Shown here piece after piece: positions 19,141 through 30,068 of a stretch of 64,000 nt of DNA. The notes below the pieces were generated by a model. The model made no database searches. It was not told the origin of the DNA and saw only the letters and a program-made list of their open reading frames with translations. The DNA comes from Zhongshania sp. (GTDB taxonomy: Bacteria; Pseudomonadota; Gammaproteobacteria; Pseudomonadales; Spongiibacteraceae), in NCBI RefSeq assembly GCF_029212375.1, contig NZ_JARGNU010000005.1, positions 161,532-225,531 on the forward strand, in the 5' to 3' direction. Position numbers and translations under genes: made by a program. Each line of letters opens with the position of its first letter. The stretch's first letter is position 1.

Positions 19141-20299
19141 CGCTCTGTCCCAGTTGATGATTGTTTGCCCAACGGTATTTTACATGTTGGAGAAATTTTG
19201 TGTTCCATGAGCGGTGCGCCTGACCGCTGTCTTGCCAAAATAAAATGAATTCGGCAATTTGTGCTCTGGCAAATTCGGGGTCGATGCGGGCCATGCGCAA
19301 GATATCGAACACCGCGTCGTTGGGTTGCCAGTCGCCGCGAATTGGGGCTATTTCGTTTTCATTGCTGACGGTATTGGTGTAGCGCGCCCACTGCAAGCGA
19401 ATATGCTGTATAAAGCGCGAATTCCAGTTGCTGTCGGCGGTGCCGCGCTCTCGCCAGAATAGGGTGAACTCGGGAATCGCGTCTTCTATAAAATTGTGAC
19501 TGATGCCGTCGCGCTCTAAAATTTCGACGGCGTCGAGACTGGGTTTCCAGCTGTCGTTAATGGGCAGATTGCGCGACTCTTCGATTTTTTGGTACTGCTG
19601 CTTTTTCCAGCGCCGGCTTACATACTGGCTAAAGGCGCTGCTCCACGAGCTGCGGGTTTCGCCGGTTTCGCGATAGTGGGCAATAAACTCAGGTAGAACC
19701 GCGTTAATAAAAGCGGGATCGACTTGGTTGAAGCGCGTGAGATAGTCGATGCCGGCTTGATCCGGCAGCCAGTCGGCGGCAATGATACTATTGCCGGGCA
19801 CGGGGTGACGCGGGCTGGCAGTATTGGTGTGGCGGTTAATGCGCGTACTGTTGGCCACCAGCTGGCCGCTGCGGTCGGACTGCTGGGCCGGTAATGGTTG
19901 TTGAGGTTGCTGTGACACACGAGCAGTGGGCGCTTGGGTGTTGTTGGCTCGCGGCGGGGCAGATTTCGACTGCGCCGAGTTGGGCTGGGCTAATTTGGAC
20001 TGAGCCAAGGCGAGCCGAATATTTTGGGCATTGCTCATTAAGGCGGCGCCAATAATAATGACACCTTGGTCGCTGAGGGTGCGCAGCACTTCTTCAATTT
20101 TGTCCATGTCCCAAAAGGGCAGCTGTTTGTTGAGGCGTTGCTTGTCGATGATATACCAAGCAACACCTTGGCTTTCGCGACTGTCGAGCAGAGGCAGCCA
20201 GTCGGCCAGTAATTGGTATAGCAGTGCCGCCTCTAGGCCGAGGGTTGCGGCGAGGGACGGGGATACCAATAGTTGGCGTTCTACAAATGCAGCCGACAT
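19049..20299 (-). CDS. DnaT-domain protein: N-terminal wHTH-like region, Gln/Pro-rich linker, three tandem DnaT-like repeats
   Basis: 416 aa. Three clear internal repeats of about 57 aa (aa 176-232, 249-306, 322-379) share W-x-P...I-x-EF-x(3)-(W/Y)...W...F-x(2)-(H/Y)-(V/I)...W. I associate this pattern with the DnaT ssDNA-binding (DnaT_2) domain. Confidence 0.6.
   Translation of the reverse strand: MSAAFVERQLLVSPSLAATLGLEAALLYQLLADWLPLLDSRESQGVAWYIIDKQRLNKQLPFWDMDKIEEVLRTLSDQGVIIIGAALMSNAQNIRLALAQSKLAQPNSAQSKSAPPRANNTQAPTARVSQQPQQPLPAQQSDRSGQLVANSTRINRHTNTASPRHPVPGNSIIAADWLPDQAGIDYLTRFNQVDPAFINAVLPEFIAHYRETGETRSSWSSAFSQYVSRRWKKQQYQKIEESRNLPINDSWKPSLDAVEILERDGISHNFIEDAIPEFTLFWRERGTADSNWNSRFIQHIRLQWARYTNTVSNENEIAPIRGDWQPNDAVFDILRMARIDPEFARAQIAEFILFWQDSGQAHRSWNTKFLQHVKYRWANNHQLGQSDARQQQASGASKSATGFIAKHTDRSWADEL
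19163..19774 (-). repeat. Three tandem protein-level repeats (DnaT-like domains) inside CDS 19049-20299
   Basis: DWLPDQAGIDYLTRFNQVDPAFINAVLPEFIAHYRETGETRSSWSSAFSQYVSRRWK / DSWKPSLDAVEILERDGISHNFIEDAIPEFTLFWRERGTADSNWNSRFIQHIRLQWAR / GDWQPNDAVFDILRMARIDPEFARAQIAEFILFWQDSGQAHRSWNTKFLQHVKYRWAN. Confidence 0.8.
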
Positions 20300-20430
20300 T
20301 CAATTTACTCTGTGGATAGCGGGCCATTGTACGGCCTTGTATGGGCTGCTGTCAGCCCTGTCTTTAGCCCCAAGTTTTAGGTTTGTGTCGTCCATTATTA
20401 TTAGTGAGAGGGAGCGATTGCTTCAATATT

Positions 20431-21798
20431 ATGGCAAAGCAAAAAACCGCGTATGTGTGTGTTGACTGTGGCTCAGATCACAATAAATGGCAGGGTCAGT
20501 GTCAGGACTGCGGTGCCTGGAATACGCTGTCGGAACTGCGGCTAGGGCCCGCGACTAGCGCCAAAGCCGCGCCGGTGCGCCAAGGTTACGCTGGCGAGGT
20601 GGGCGGCGAGGTGCAAATGCTGGCCAATGTAAGTATTGAGGCGCTGCCGCGACGCTCCACGGGTTTTGACGAGTTTGATCGAGTGCTGGGCGGCGGTTTG
20701 GTGGCGGGCTCCGCGGTGTTGATTGGTGGTCACCCCGGCGCCGGTAAAAGTACTTTGCTGTTGCAGGTGCTGTGTCGTTTGGCAGCTCAGTGTGAATGCC
20801 TGTATGTGACCGGGGAGGAGTCGCTGCCTCAAATTGCGATGCGGGCGCAGCGTTTAAATTTGAGCGCAGATACTTTAAAGCTGTGTGCAGAAACGAGTTT
20901 AGAGCTCATTTTGGCTCAAGCGGTGGCGAATAAGCCGGCGATATTGGTGGTCGATTCCATTCAGGTTTTGCACAGTGAGCAAGTCAGCTCGGCGCCGGGC
21001 AGTGTGTCTCAAGTGCGCGAGTGTGCGGCGGCCCTGACTCGCTTTGCCAAACAGAGTGGTACGGTATTGCTTATGGTTGGCCACGTTACCAAGGATGGCG
21101 GCTTGGCTGGCCCCAAGGTACTGGAGCATATAATCGATTGCTCCATCATGCTTGAAGGCAGCAGCGACAGCCGCTACCGGACCTTGCGCGGTAGTAAAAA
21201 CCGCTTTGGCGCGGTGAATGAGCTGGGCGTGTTTGCGATGACCGAACTCGGCTTGAAAGAGGTTAAAAATCCCTCGGCAATCTTTCTCAACCGCGGTGAA
21301 GTGGTGTCTTCGGGTAGCACGGTGATGGTGGTTTGGGAGGGTACGCGACCCTTGTTGGTGGAAATTCAGGCCCTAGTCGATAGTTCTGGTTTTGGCAATC
21401 CGCGCCGAGTAGCAGTGGGCTTGGAACAAAATCGTTTGGCGATGTTGCTGGCGGTGCTGCATCGTCACGGTGGCCTGCAGGTTGGCGATCAAGATGTGTT
21501 CGTAAATGTGGTGGGCGGCGTCAAGGTGTTGGAGACCGGCTCGGATCTGGCGCTGTTGTTTGCCATTGTGTCGAGCTTTCGGGATCGGCCCCTGCCGGAA
21601 GACTTGGTGGTGTTTGGTGAGGTGGGCTTGTCTGGCGAGATTCGCCCCGTGCCCAGTGGCCAAGAGCGTCTGCAAGAGGCCCGCAAGCACGGCTTTCGCC
21701 GCGCTATTGTGCCTCACGGCAATGCGCCAAGGGGAGCGCTGGCGGGGATGGAGGTGGTGGCAGTTAAAACCCTCGCCGAGGCGTTGGAGGCCATTTAG
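20431..21798 (+). CDS. radA: DNA repair protein RadA/Sms
   Basis: Start set at MAKQKTAYVCVDCG (Met17 of the ORF). Zinc finger CxxC...CxxC, Walker A GHPGAGKST, the KNRFG motif (GSKNRFG) and a Lon-like C-terminal domain. Confidence 0.95.
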   Translation: MAKQKTAYVCVDCGSDHNKWQGQCQDCGAWNTLSELRLGPATSAKAAPVRQGYAGEVGGEVQMLANVSIEALPRRSTGFDEFDRVLGGGLVAGSAVLIGGHPGAGKSTLLLQVLCRLAAQCECLYVTGEESLPQIAMRAQRLNLSADTLKLCAETSLELILAQAVANKPAILVVDSIQVLHSEQVSSAPGSVSQVRECAAALTRFAKQSGTVLLMVGHVTKDGGLAGPKVLEHIIDCSIMLEGSSDSRYRTLRGSKNRFGAVNELGVFAMTELGLKEVKNPSAIFLNRGEVVSSGSTVMVVWEGTRPLLVEIQALVDSSGFGNPRRVAVGLEQNRLAMLLAVLHRHGGLQVGDQDVFVNVVGGVKVLETGSDLALLFAIVSSFRDRPLPEDLVVFGEVGLSGEIRPVPSGQERLQEARKHGFRRAIVPHGNAPRGALAGMEVVAVKTLAEALEAI

Positions 21799-21828
21799 AC
21801 TGCCAGCGACTCCATTTCGAACTTAGCT

Positions 21829-24300
21829 TTAGAATATTTCGATTGGGTCGTCACCAGCACTGCCACCGTAGGGGCTTTGGGGTTGGTTGAAGCCTTCATT
21901 GGGCGCATTGTCACTGCGGAAGAATTCGAAGATGGCGTTCGCTTGCCCAGGGTGAGCAAGATTGCCGGTATCGGGATCAATCCGTACCGAAATGATGCTA
22001 TCTGGTTGTTTTAAGTGACGCACCGGCTTATTTTTAAGCGCTTCCTTCATGTAGTCAATCCAGATTGGTAGCGCCACCGAACCGCCGTATTCGCGGCGGC
22101 CCAAGTTGTGGTTTTGGTCAAAGCCGACCCATGTTGAGGTTACTACGCCGCCACTGTAGCCAGAGAACCACGCATCGGTGGGGCCGTTGGTGGTGCCGGT
22201 TTTACCCGCCGCATCGCTGCGGTTTAACACAAGTGCTTTGCGCCCAGTTCCCCGTGTAATGACATCTTGCAGAATACTGTCGATCAGAAACGCCACTTCT
22301 TCATTGAGCACTCGCTCGGCATAGTTGGCGTGGACCACTTCGTCGCCGCGATTGATGATGTCGTCGAGGGAGTCGGCCTCAATGCTGTGATGGGTGTTGT
22401 TGATATCGTCGTCATCGTTATCGTTGCCACAGCTGCGGCAGACAATTTCGGGTTCGGCACGATAGAGGGTGTTGCCGTCGCGGTCGATAATACGGTCAAT
22501 GAGGAAGGGTTTGACTTTGTAGCCGCCGTTGGCAAATACGGCGTAGCCGGTGACGATATCCAGCGGTGTCAGTGAATGGCTGCCTAGCGCTAGAGACAAG
22601 TCACGTGGCAATTTGTTGGGGTCAAAGCCGAAACGTGCAACATAGTCGATAGCCTTGCCGATGCCAAGGTCTCTTAGCACCCTAATGGATACTAAGTTGC
22701 GAGACATATACAGGGCTTTGCGCAGCCGCATGGGGCCGTTGAATGTGCCGTTGTCATTGCTGGGTCGCCAAGTGTTGCCAAGGCCCGCATCGTCGAACAC
22801 GATGGGGGCGTCATTGATAATGGTGGCGGGGGTAAAACCGTTGTCTAGGGCAGCGGTGTAAATAAAAGGTTTGAAGTTGGAGCCAGGCTGTCGCTCGGCT
22901 TGAGTAACGCGGTTAAAGGCGCTTTTTTGATAATCATAGCCGCCCACAAGGCTGATGATTGCGCCGCTATCGGCGTTTAATGAAACCAGTGCGCCTTGAA
23001 TTTTAGGCAGTTGTGACAACTCCCAGTGGCGGGGTTCGTCGTTACTCATGCGTAGGCGGATGACGTCGCCAATCTTGAGCAGATCACCTGCGGTTTCGGG
23101 GGCATAACTAACTCGGTCTTCGCTGATATAGCGCACCGTGCCCTTAAGGCCATGTTCCCAGTCTAAAGTGGTTTGCTGGCCGGTGGCGAGCAACACCGTT
23201 GCGCTTTGCTCTGCAACCGCGATTACCAGCGCCGGATACCACGCGCCAATACTGCCCACTTCCTCAAGTTTTTGGCTTAGGCGTTGGCGCTGCTCCTCGT
23301 CAATATCCTTGCTCAAGTTCCAGTGACGTTCTGGGCCGCGGTAGCCGTGACGGGTATCGTACTCAACGACGCCGTCGAGCAGGGCGTGATTGGCAACTTG
23401 CTGCAAATGGCTGTCAACCGTGGTGATGACCGTGTAGCCATCTTCGTAGGCGGTCTGGCCGTAGGTGCTGAGCATGTGCAGGCGAACCATTTCTGACACA
23501 TAGGGTGCGTCTACATCGAGCTGGGTACCGTAGGCTTTGGCGCTGATGGGTTCAACAATGGCGGCTTGGTAATCGTTTTGGGTGATATAGCCCAAACTGA
23601 GCATCCGGCCCAAAATCCAGTTGCGCCGTACTTTAGCGCGATTGGGGTTGGCGACGGGGTTGTAAGCAGAGGGGGCTTTGGGTAGGCCGGCGATCATTGC
23701 CATTTGGGCGAGATTGAGCTCTCTTATGGGTTTTCCGTAATAGACTTGGGCCGCGGCTTCGATACCATAGGCGTGGTTGCCAAGAAAAATTTTGTTTAAG
23801 TAGAGTTCAAGAATGTCGCCTTTACTCAGGGCGCGCTCTATTTCGATGGCGAGGAAAATTTCGGTAAATTTACGAGTAAAGGTGCGCTCTTGGCTGAGAA
23901 AGTAGTTTTTAGCAACTTGCATGGTGATGGTGGAACCACCTGATTGGATACTGCCGCTGGTGATTAATTGGGATGCGGCGCGCAGCAAGCTAGTAACGTC
24001 AACGCCATGGTGAACATAGAAACGGTCGTCTTCAGCGGCAAGAAAAGCTTTGATGAATAGCTCGGGTACTTCTTGGAAGCTGATAGGAGAGCGGCGTTTT
24101 TCGCCAAACTCCCCTAATAATTTACCATCGGCGCTATATATCCGCAGTGGGGTTTGTAGCTGAATATCTCTTAGCGCCTCGACGGACGGCAATTTAGGGC
24201 TAATATAGAGAAAGGCTGCGGCAAAAATCATGACGGCGCCACAACTGGCGAGAGCGCCTAGGCCGATGAAAAGACGGAAGAAGCTGGTCTTGCGTGACAT
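21829..24300 (-). CDS. mrcA: Penicillin-binding protein 1A (bifunctional transglycosylase/transpeptidase)
   Basis: 823 aa. GT51 motifs AAEDDRFYVHHG and GGSTITMQ, transpeptidase SxxK (GSNFKP) and KTGTT. It is divergent from pilM, as ponA is in Pseudomonas. Confidence 0.95.
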   Translation of the reverse strand: MSRKTSFFRLFIGLGALASCGAVMIFAAAFLYISPKLPSVEALRDIQLQTPLRIYSADGKLLGEFGEKRRSPISFQEVPELFIKAFLAAEDDRFYVHHGVDVTSLLRAASQLITSGSIQSGGSTITMQVAKNYFLSQERTFTRKFTEIFLAIEIERALSKGDILELYLNKIFLGNHAYGIEAAAQVYYGKPIRELNLAQMAMIAGLPKAPSAYNPVANPNRAKVRRNWILGRMLSLGYITQNDYQAAIVEPISAKAYGTQLDVDAPYVSEMVRLHMLSTYGQTAYEDGYTVITTVDSHLQQVANHALLDGVVEYDTRHGYRGPERHWNLSKDIDEEQRQRLSQKLEEVGSIGAWYPALVIAVAEQSATVLLATGQQTTLDWEHGLKGTVRYISEDRVSYAPETAGDLLKIGDVIRLRMSNDEPRHWELSQLPKIQGALVSLNADSGAIISLVGGYDYQKSAFNRVTQAERQPGSNFKPFIYTAALDNGFTPATIINDAPIVFDDAGLGNTWRPSNDNGTFNGPMRLRKALYMSRNLVSIRVLRDLGIGKAIDYVARFGFDPNKLPRDLSLALGSHSLTPLDIVTGYAVFANGGYKVKPFLIDRIIDRDGNTLYRAEPEIVCRSCGNDNDDDDINNTHHSIEADSLDDIINRGDEVVHANYAERVLNEEVAFLIDSILQDVITRGTGRKALVLNRSDAAGKTGTTNGPTDAWFSGYSGGVVTSTWVGFDQNHNLGRREYGGSVALPIWIDYMKEALKNKPVRHLKQPDSIISVRIDPDTGNLAHPGQANAIFEFFRSDNAPNEGFNQPQSPYGGSAGDDPIEIF

Positions 24301-24390
24301 ATTTTTCCTGTAAATCGAGAAGTCGGTGGAAATTCGAAGGCTAGGATAACTAAATCTGTGACATTATCGGTGTCTTTTTTTCATTACTAT

Positions 24391-24419
24391 TTGCGCATTG
24401 GTATACACTGGTATTTAAT
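24391..24419 (+). promoter_or_regulatory. Candidate sigma70-type promoter for pilM
   Basis: TTGCGC-N17-TTTAAT in the 170-bp ponA/pilM divergent intergenic region, about 50 nt upstream of the pilM GTG. A by-eye match only. Confidence 0.3.
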
Positions 24420-24443
24420 CTTGTATATAAAAGTGCGCCCTAA

Positions 24444-25537
<1,094 letters not shown>

Positions 25538-25538
<1 letters not shown>

Positions 25539-26098
25539 TGGCAACAATTAACTTATTGCCTTGGCGCGAGGAGCGCCGCGAGCTAATTAAGCAGCAGTTC
25601 CTTGTGGTGCTTGGCGGGGTGGCCGTGCTTGGTGGGCTGCTGGTAGTGCTGGCAATGTCTATTGTTAATGGTGCAATTAGCAGCCAAGAGGCCCGCAATA
25701 ATTACATGCAGGGCCAAATCACCAAAATTAATAAGGAAGTGGCGGAAATCCGCGACCTTGAAAAGCGGCGCCAACAGTTACTTGACCGAATGACAATTAT
25801 TCAAGACTTACAGGGCACCCGTCCGTTAATTGTGCGGGTGTTTGATGAAATGGTGAGAACCCTGCCGGATGGTTTGTTTTATACCTCGGTGGTTCGCAAT
25901 GAGAAACGCATTAATGTTGAAGGCATTGCTGAGTCGAATAATCGCGTATCAAGTTTGATGCGTAAGCTCGATGCCTCGCCGTGGTTTGCAGACCCCAACT
26001 TAACGGCAGTGAGCGCGGCCTCGGCGTATGGCGATCAAGCCAGCAGTTTCAAATTGTCTTTCCAAATCAGTGCGCCTGCGCCTGATGATGAGAAATAG
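25538..26098 (+). CDS. pilN: Type IV pilus assembly protein PilN
   Basis: 186 aa. INLLPWREERR N-terminus followed by one TM segment. Its ATG overlaps the pilM stop. Confidence 0.9.
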
Positions 26099-26110
26099 GG
26101 AGCGATAGCG

Positions 26111-26731
26111 GTGGCTGCGTGGCAGGAATTAGTTGACGAGCTGAAAAGCTTCGATCTCGGTGAACTTAATGTCGAGAACATTGGTGCTTGGCCTTTGCTG
26201 GTGCGGGTAGCAGCGTGGCTTGCGGTATTTGTTCTGTGTTTGGTGGGCGGTTATTTTTACTTGGTCGCCGATCTCAGAATTAAATTGTCTGGGGTTGAAG
26301 CTAAGGAAATACAGTTAAAGCAGGAGTTTGAGCAAAAGGCGTTCAAGGCGGCAAAGTTGATTCCCTTGAAAAAGCAAATGGAAGAGATGGAAGAGTCTTT
26401 TGGGATTTTGCTTAGTCAATTGCCTGTGGATACCGAAGTACCAGGTTTGCTTGAAGATATGACTGAGAAAGCGGTTTCCAATGGTTTGGAAATCAGCAGT
26501 ATTCAATTGCAAACCGAGCGAGTACAAGAGTTTTACGTTGAGCTGCCAATTGCGATTAAGGTTAGCGGCAGTTACCACGATTTAGCTGCGTTTGTGAGTG
26601 GCATAGCCGGCTTGCCGCGCATAGTAACCTTACATAATTACAGTATTAGCTCAAACAAAGACAGCAGTCAGCAGAGTATGTCGATAACCGCCAAGACCTA
26701 TCGCTATAAAGATACGGAGGCCGGATCATGA
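26111..26731 (+). CDS. pilO: Type IV pilus assembly protein PilO
   Basis: 206 aa with an N-terminal TM segment, a coiled coil, and then an SGSYHDLAAFVSGIAGLPRIVTL-type core. Position fits the operon order. Confidence 0.85.
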   Translation: MAAWQELVDELKSFDLGELNVENIGAWPLLVRVAAWLAVFVLCLVGGYFYLVADLRIKLSGVEAKEIQLKQEFEQKAFKAAKLIPLKKQMEEMEESFGILLSQLPVDTEVPGLLEDMTEKAVSNGLEISSIQLQTERVQEFYVELPIAIKVSGSYHDLAAFVSGIAGLPRIVTLHNYSISSNKDSSQQSMSITAKTYRYKDTEAGS

Positions 26732-27261
26732 TGAGGTTTTCTGGTATCTCGCTGGGCATATTGGCGTTGTTAGCACTGTCTGCATGTAGTGGTCACACCG
26801 AGTTTGCTGATCTCGATGCTTTTGTGGCTGAAAAGCGGGCCGCACCCTCGGGGCAGATTGCCCCAATTCCAGCATTAAAAGCCTACCGTGCTTTCAGTTA
26901 TACCGCATCTGGACTGCGCGGCCCTTTTAACCGCCCAGTTGACGTTAAAGAGATTGCTCGTCTTGAAGCGGCTAGCAGCGTTAAACCCGACACCAAACGC
27001 GAAAAAGAATATTTGGAACAATACTCACTCGATTCCTTGTCGGTAGTGGGCACTGTTCGGCTTAGCGGCAAATTGTGGGCGCTAGTGAAAGACGCTGATG
27101 GCGGCGTGCATCGGGTGAGTAAAAATAATTACCTAGGACGGAACTATGGCAAGATCATTGAGGTTGCAGAGAATTACCTGACGGTTATTGAGATTGTATC
27201 CACCGGCGGGGATGGTTGGGTTGAACGGCCGCGCTCCCTTGAACTGAAAGTCCGTAATTAA
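26728..27261 (+). CDS. pilP: Type IV pilus assembly lipoprotein PilP
   Basis: 177 aa with lipobox LALSAC. It overlaps the pilO stop and precedes pilQ. Confidence 0.85.
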   Translation: MMRFSGISLGILALLALSACSGHTEFADLDAFVAEKRAAPSGQIAPIPALKAYRAFSYTASGLRGPFNRPVDVKEIARLEAASSVKPDTKREKEYLEQYSLDSLSVVGTVRLSGKLWALVKDADGGVHRVSKNNYLGRNYGKIIEVAENYLTVIEIVSTGGDGWVERPRSLELKVRN

Positions 27262-27284
27262 GAATTCGATTGGCGGAGAAGTAA

Positions 27285-29471
27285 ATGAATACCCGAATGC
27301 AAATACAAGGCGCAGAGCAGTGCAAACGCGCTGGTGGCGCAACCACAAGTATGGGGCGACAGATCCTAAGTGGGGTGTGTTTGTTGTTGGCGTCGATTGC
27401 CGCCTCAGCAGCGAACCTGACCGACGTGCAATTTAACTCGCTGCAGGGCGGTAGCTTTGAAGCGCGCCTTAGTTTTGATGGGCCGGCCCCCGACGTGAAG
27501 GGCTATACCATTGAAAAGCCGGCGCGGATTGCGCTGGACTTAGTTGCTACCGGCAATAAGCTGTCCCAGAAGAAGTTTCCTCTGTCTTACGATAATGCCA
27601 GCAGCGCGGTGGTATTAGAGGGGAGAGATAGAACTCGTGTGGTATTTAATCTGATTAAGCTGGCGTCTTATCAGACGCGAGTTGAGGGTAATACACTGGT
27701 TGTTGAAGTGGGCAGCGGTGGTGGTCAAGCTTATCTCAAAGAGAAATATAATAGCCCGCTAGTTGCATCTTCAAAGCCTGCGATGGCAGCGGCTAATAAT
27801 ATTACCGATCTTGATTTTCGTCGTGGCGATAAAGGCGAAGGCCGCTTAGTGATTCAGTTGGCCGACGCCAAGGCAGACATCAATGTGTATGTTGAAGGCT
27901 CTAAGATAAAAGTTGATTTTGGCGGGGTTAACTTACCGAGTAATTTGCAGCGTCGCTTTGATGTAGCTGATTTCGCCACGCCGGTGAAATCGATTGAAGC
28001 CCGTATGGGTCAAAAAGGTGCGAAATTATCCTTAGAGGCCCAAGGTGAATACGACTACTTAGCCTATCAAACGGATACCGAATACGTGGTGAGTGTTAAA
28101 CCGCTCACGAAAAAAGAAGTGGCAGATCGCCGTCGTGAGTTTGCCTACGTGGGCGAAAAACTATCACTTAATTTCCAAGACATTGAAGTGCGCTCTGTAC
28201 TGCAGTTGATTGCTGACTTTACCGAGCTAAACTTGGTTGCTAGTGACACGGTGAAGGGCAATATTACCCTGCGCTTACAGAATGTACCTTGGGACCAAGC
28301 GCTGGAATTAGTATTGAAAACTAAGGGCTTGGACAAGCGTCAGATCGGTAATGTGCTAATGGTGGCGCCCGCGGCAGAAATTGCCGAGCGTGAACGTCAA
28401 GAAATTGAAGCGCAAAAGCAAGTTGAAGAATTGGCACCCTTGCAAAGCGAATTTATTCGGGTGCGTTACGCAGATGCAGCGGAATTGTTTAAGTTATTTG
28501 ATCGCAATGTTAATGATGAAGGTAATAATAACGGCCCATCAACCGGAAGTATTCTTTCCCCTCGGGGTTCGGTAATTGTTGACGAACGTACTAACTCTTT
28601 ATTGATTACCGAAACTGCCGAGCGCCTAGATGAATTTCGGCGTCTGATCTCGCTTATTGATGTGCCGGTTCGTCAGGTGCAGATAGAGGCGCGTATCGTT
28701 CGCGCAAGCTCTGATTTTGATCGTTCGCTCGGGGTTAAATGGGGCGGCGCCTACGTTAAACAAGATGGCGACAAGGTTTATTCTGCCAACGGTGATATCG
28801 CCAGCGATCAAGCCACTCAGAATAATTATTTGAGTGCATTAGCGGCGGGCTCGCCAACCTATACCGCAGTGCCAGGTTTGGTTACCGATTTGGGTGTTTC
28901 CGGCGCCGCGGGTTCATTTGCGCTCGGTTTTATCGGCCCTGATGTATTGTTGAATTTAGAGTTGTCGGCACTGGAGTCTAAAGGGCGGGGTGAGATTGTG
29001 TCGCAGCCTCGGGTTGTTACTGGCGATAAAGAGCCTGCCATTATCAAGTCGGGTACTGAAATTCCCTATCCTGAGTCTTCGGCTAACGGTAAAACAACCA
29101 TTGCCTTTAAAGAGGCGGTGCTTAAGCTGGATGTTACGCCAATTATCACCCCAGATGACCGGATTATTATGGATTTAACGATTAATCAGGACACCATCGG
29201 TTCACTTGTTATTTCCACTGGTTTAGGTGGTCAAGTGCCAACAATCGACACCACCGAGTTGAAAACCCGTGTTCTGGTAAGCAACGGAGAAACCGTGGTG
29301 CTGGGCGGGGTATACGATCAAATTGATGTGCAGTCAGAAACCAAAGTGCCGCTGCTTGGTGATATTCCATTCTTCGGACATTTGTTTAAGACCACAACGG
29401 TGACACGTGAGAAGCAAGAGACCTTGATTTTTATTACACCGCGAATTCTCGCCGACAGCTTGGTAGATTGA
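27285..29471 (+). CDS. pilQ: Type IV pilus secretin PilQ
   Basis: 728 aa. AMIN-like N-terminal repeats, then a secretin C-terminal domain (VLVSNGETVVLGGV...VPLLGDIPFFGHLF). The true start may be Met23 (27351). Confidence 0.95.
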   Translation: MNTRMQIQGAEQCKRAGGATTSMGRQILSGVCLLLASIAASAANLTDVQFNSLQGGSFEARLSFDGPAPDVKGYTIEKPARIALDLVATGNKLSQKKFPLSYDNASSAVVLEGRDRTRVVFNLIKLASYQTRVEGNTLVVEVGSGGGQAYLKEKYNSPLVASSKPAMAAANNITDLDFRRGDKGEGRLVIQLADAKADINVYVEGSKIKVDFGGVNLPSNLQRRFDVADFATPVKSIEARMGQKGAKLSLEAQGEYDYLAYQTDTEYVVSVKPLTKKEVADRRREFAYVGEKLSLNFQDIEVRSVLQLIADFTELNLVASDTVKGNITLRLQNVPWDQALELVLKTKGLDKRQIGNVLMVAPAAEIAERERQEIEAQKQVEELAPLQSEFIRVRYADAAELFKLFDRNVNDEGNNNGPSTGSILSPRGSVIVDERTNSLLITETAERLDEFRRLISLIDVPVRQVQIEARIVRASSDFDRSLGVKWGGAYVKQDGDKVYSANGDIASDQATQNNYLSALAAGSPTYTAVPGLVTDLGVSGAAGSFALGFIGPDVLLNLELSALESKGRGEIVSQPRVVTGDKEPAIIKSGTEIPYPESSANGKTTIAFKEAVLKLDVTPIITPDDRIIMDLTINQDTIGSLVISTGLGGQVPTIDTTELKTRVLVSNGETVVLGGVYDQIDVQSETKVPLLGDIPFFGHLFKTTTVTREKQETLIFITPRILADSLVD

Positions 29472-29477
29472 TTGGTG

Positions 29478-30014
29478 ATGTTGAAATCGGGTGCAATTTT
29501 TTTAGTGGGGCCAATGGGTGCAGGGAAAAGTACCATTGGGCGTTTGCTTGCAGAGACGCTACGTTTTGAGTTTTGCGATGTTGATCGCGAAATTGAAGAG
29601 CGCAGTGGTGTTGATATTCCTTGGATCTTCGATATGGAAGGTGAAGAGGGCTTTCGCGACCGCGAAGAAAGTATGTTGGCGGCATTAAGCGATGGCTCCC
29701 AAGTGGTTATTTCTACCGGTGGTGGCGCGGTTTTACGTAGCGTTAGCCGTAAATTAATGGTTGCTCGCGGTACGGTGATTTACCTTAAAACCTCGGTAGA
29801 AGAGCAGATTCGTCGCACCGCTCGAGACCGTAAGCGGCCCTTGTTGCAGAGCGGTGACCCCGGTACCACCTTGCGCAATTTAATGGCGCTGCGGGAGCCG
29901 CTATACGAAGAAATTGCCGATTACACAGTACTAACCGATAATCGCACGCCAAAGTCTGTTGTGCAGGAATTGTGTACTCAACTCGGCGCCGGCGACCCCA
30001 GCGCACAATATTGA
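29478..30014 (+). CDS. aroK: Shikimate kinase
   Basis: [19 protein letters not shown] Walker A, GGGAV, and RPLL. ATG taken at 29478 (third codon of the tracked ORF). Confidence 0.95.
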   Translation: MLKSGAIFLVGPMGAGKSTIGRLLAETLRFEFCDVDREIEERSGVDIPWIFDMEGEEGFRDREESMLAALSDGSQVVISTGGGAVLRSVSRKLMVARGTVIYLKTSVEEQIRRTARDRKRPLLQSGDPGTTLRNLMALREPLYEEIADYTVLTDNRTPKSVVQELCTQLGAGDPSAQY

Positions 30015-30068
30015 TATACTACGTATCCCGGTCTAGTGCCTCTTTCTCTTTTCCCGGATACGTCATTA

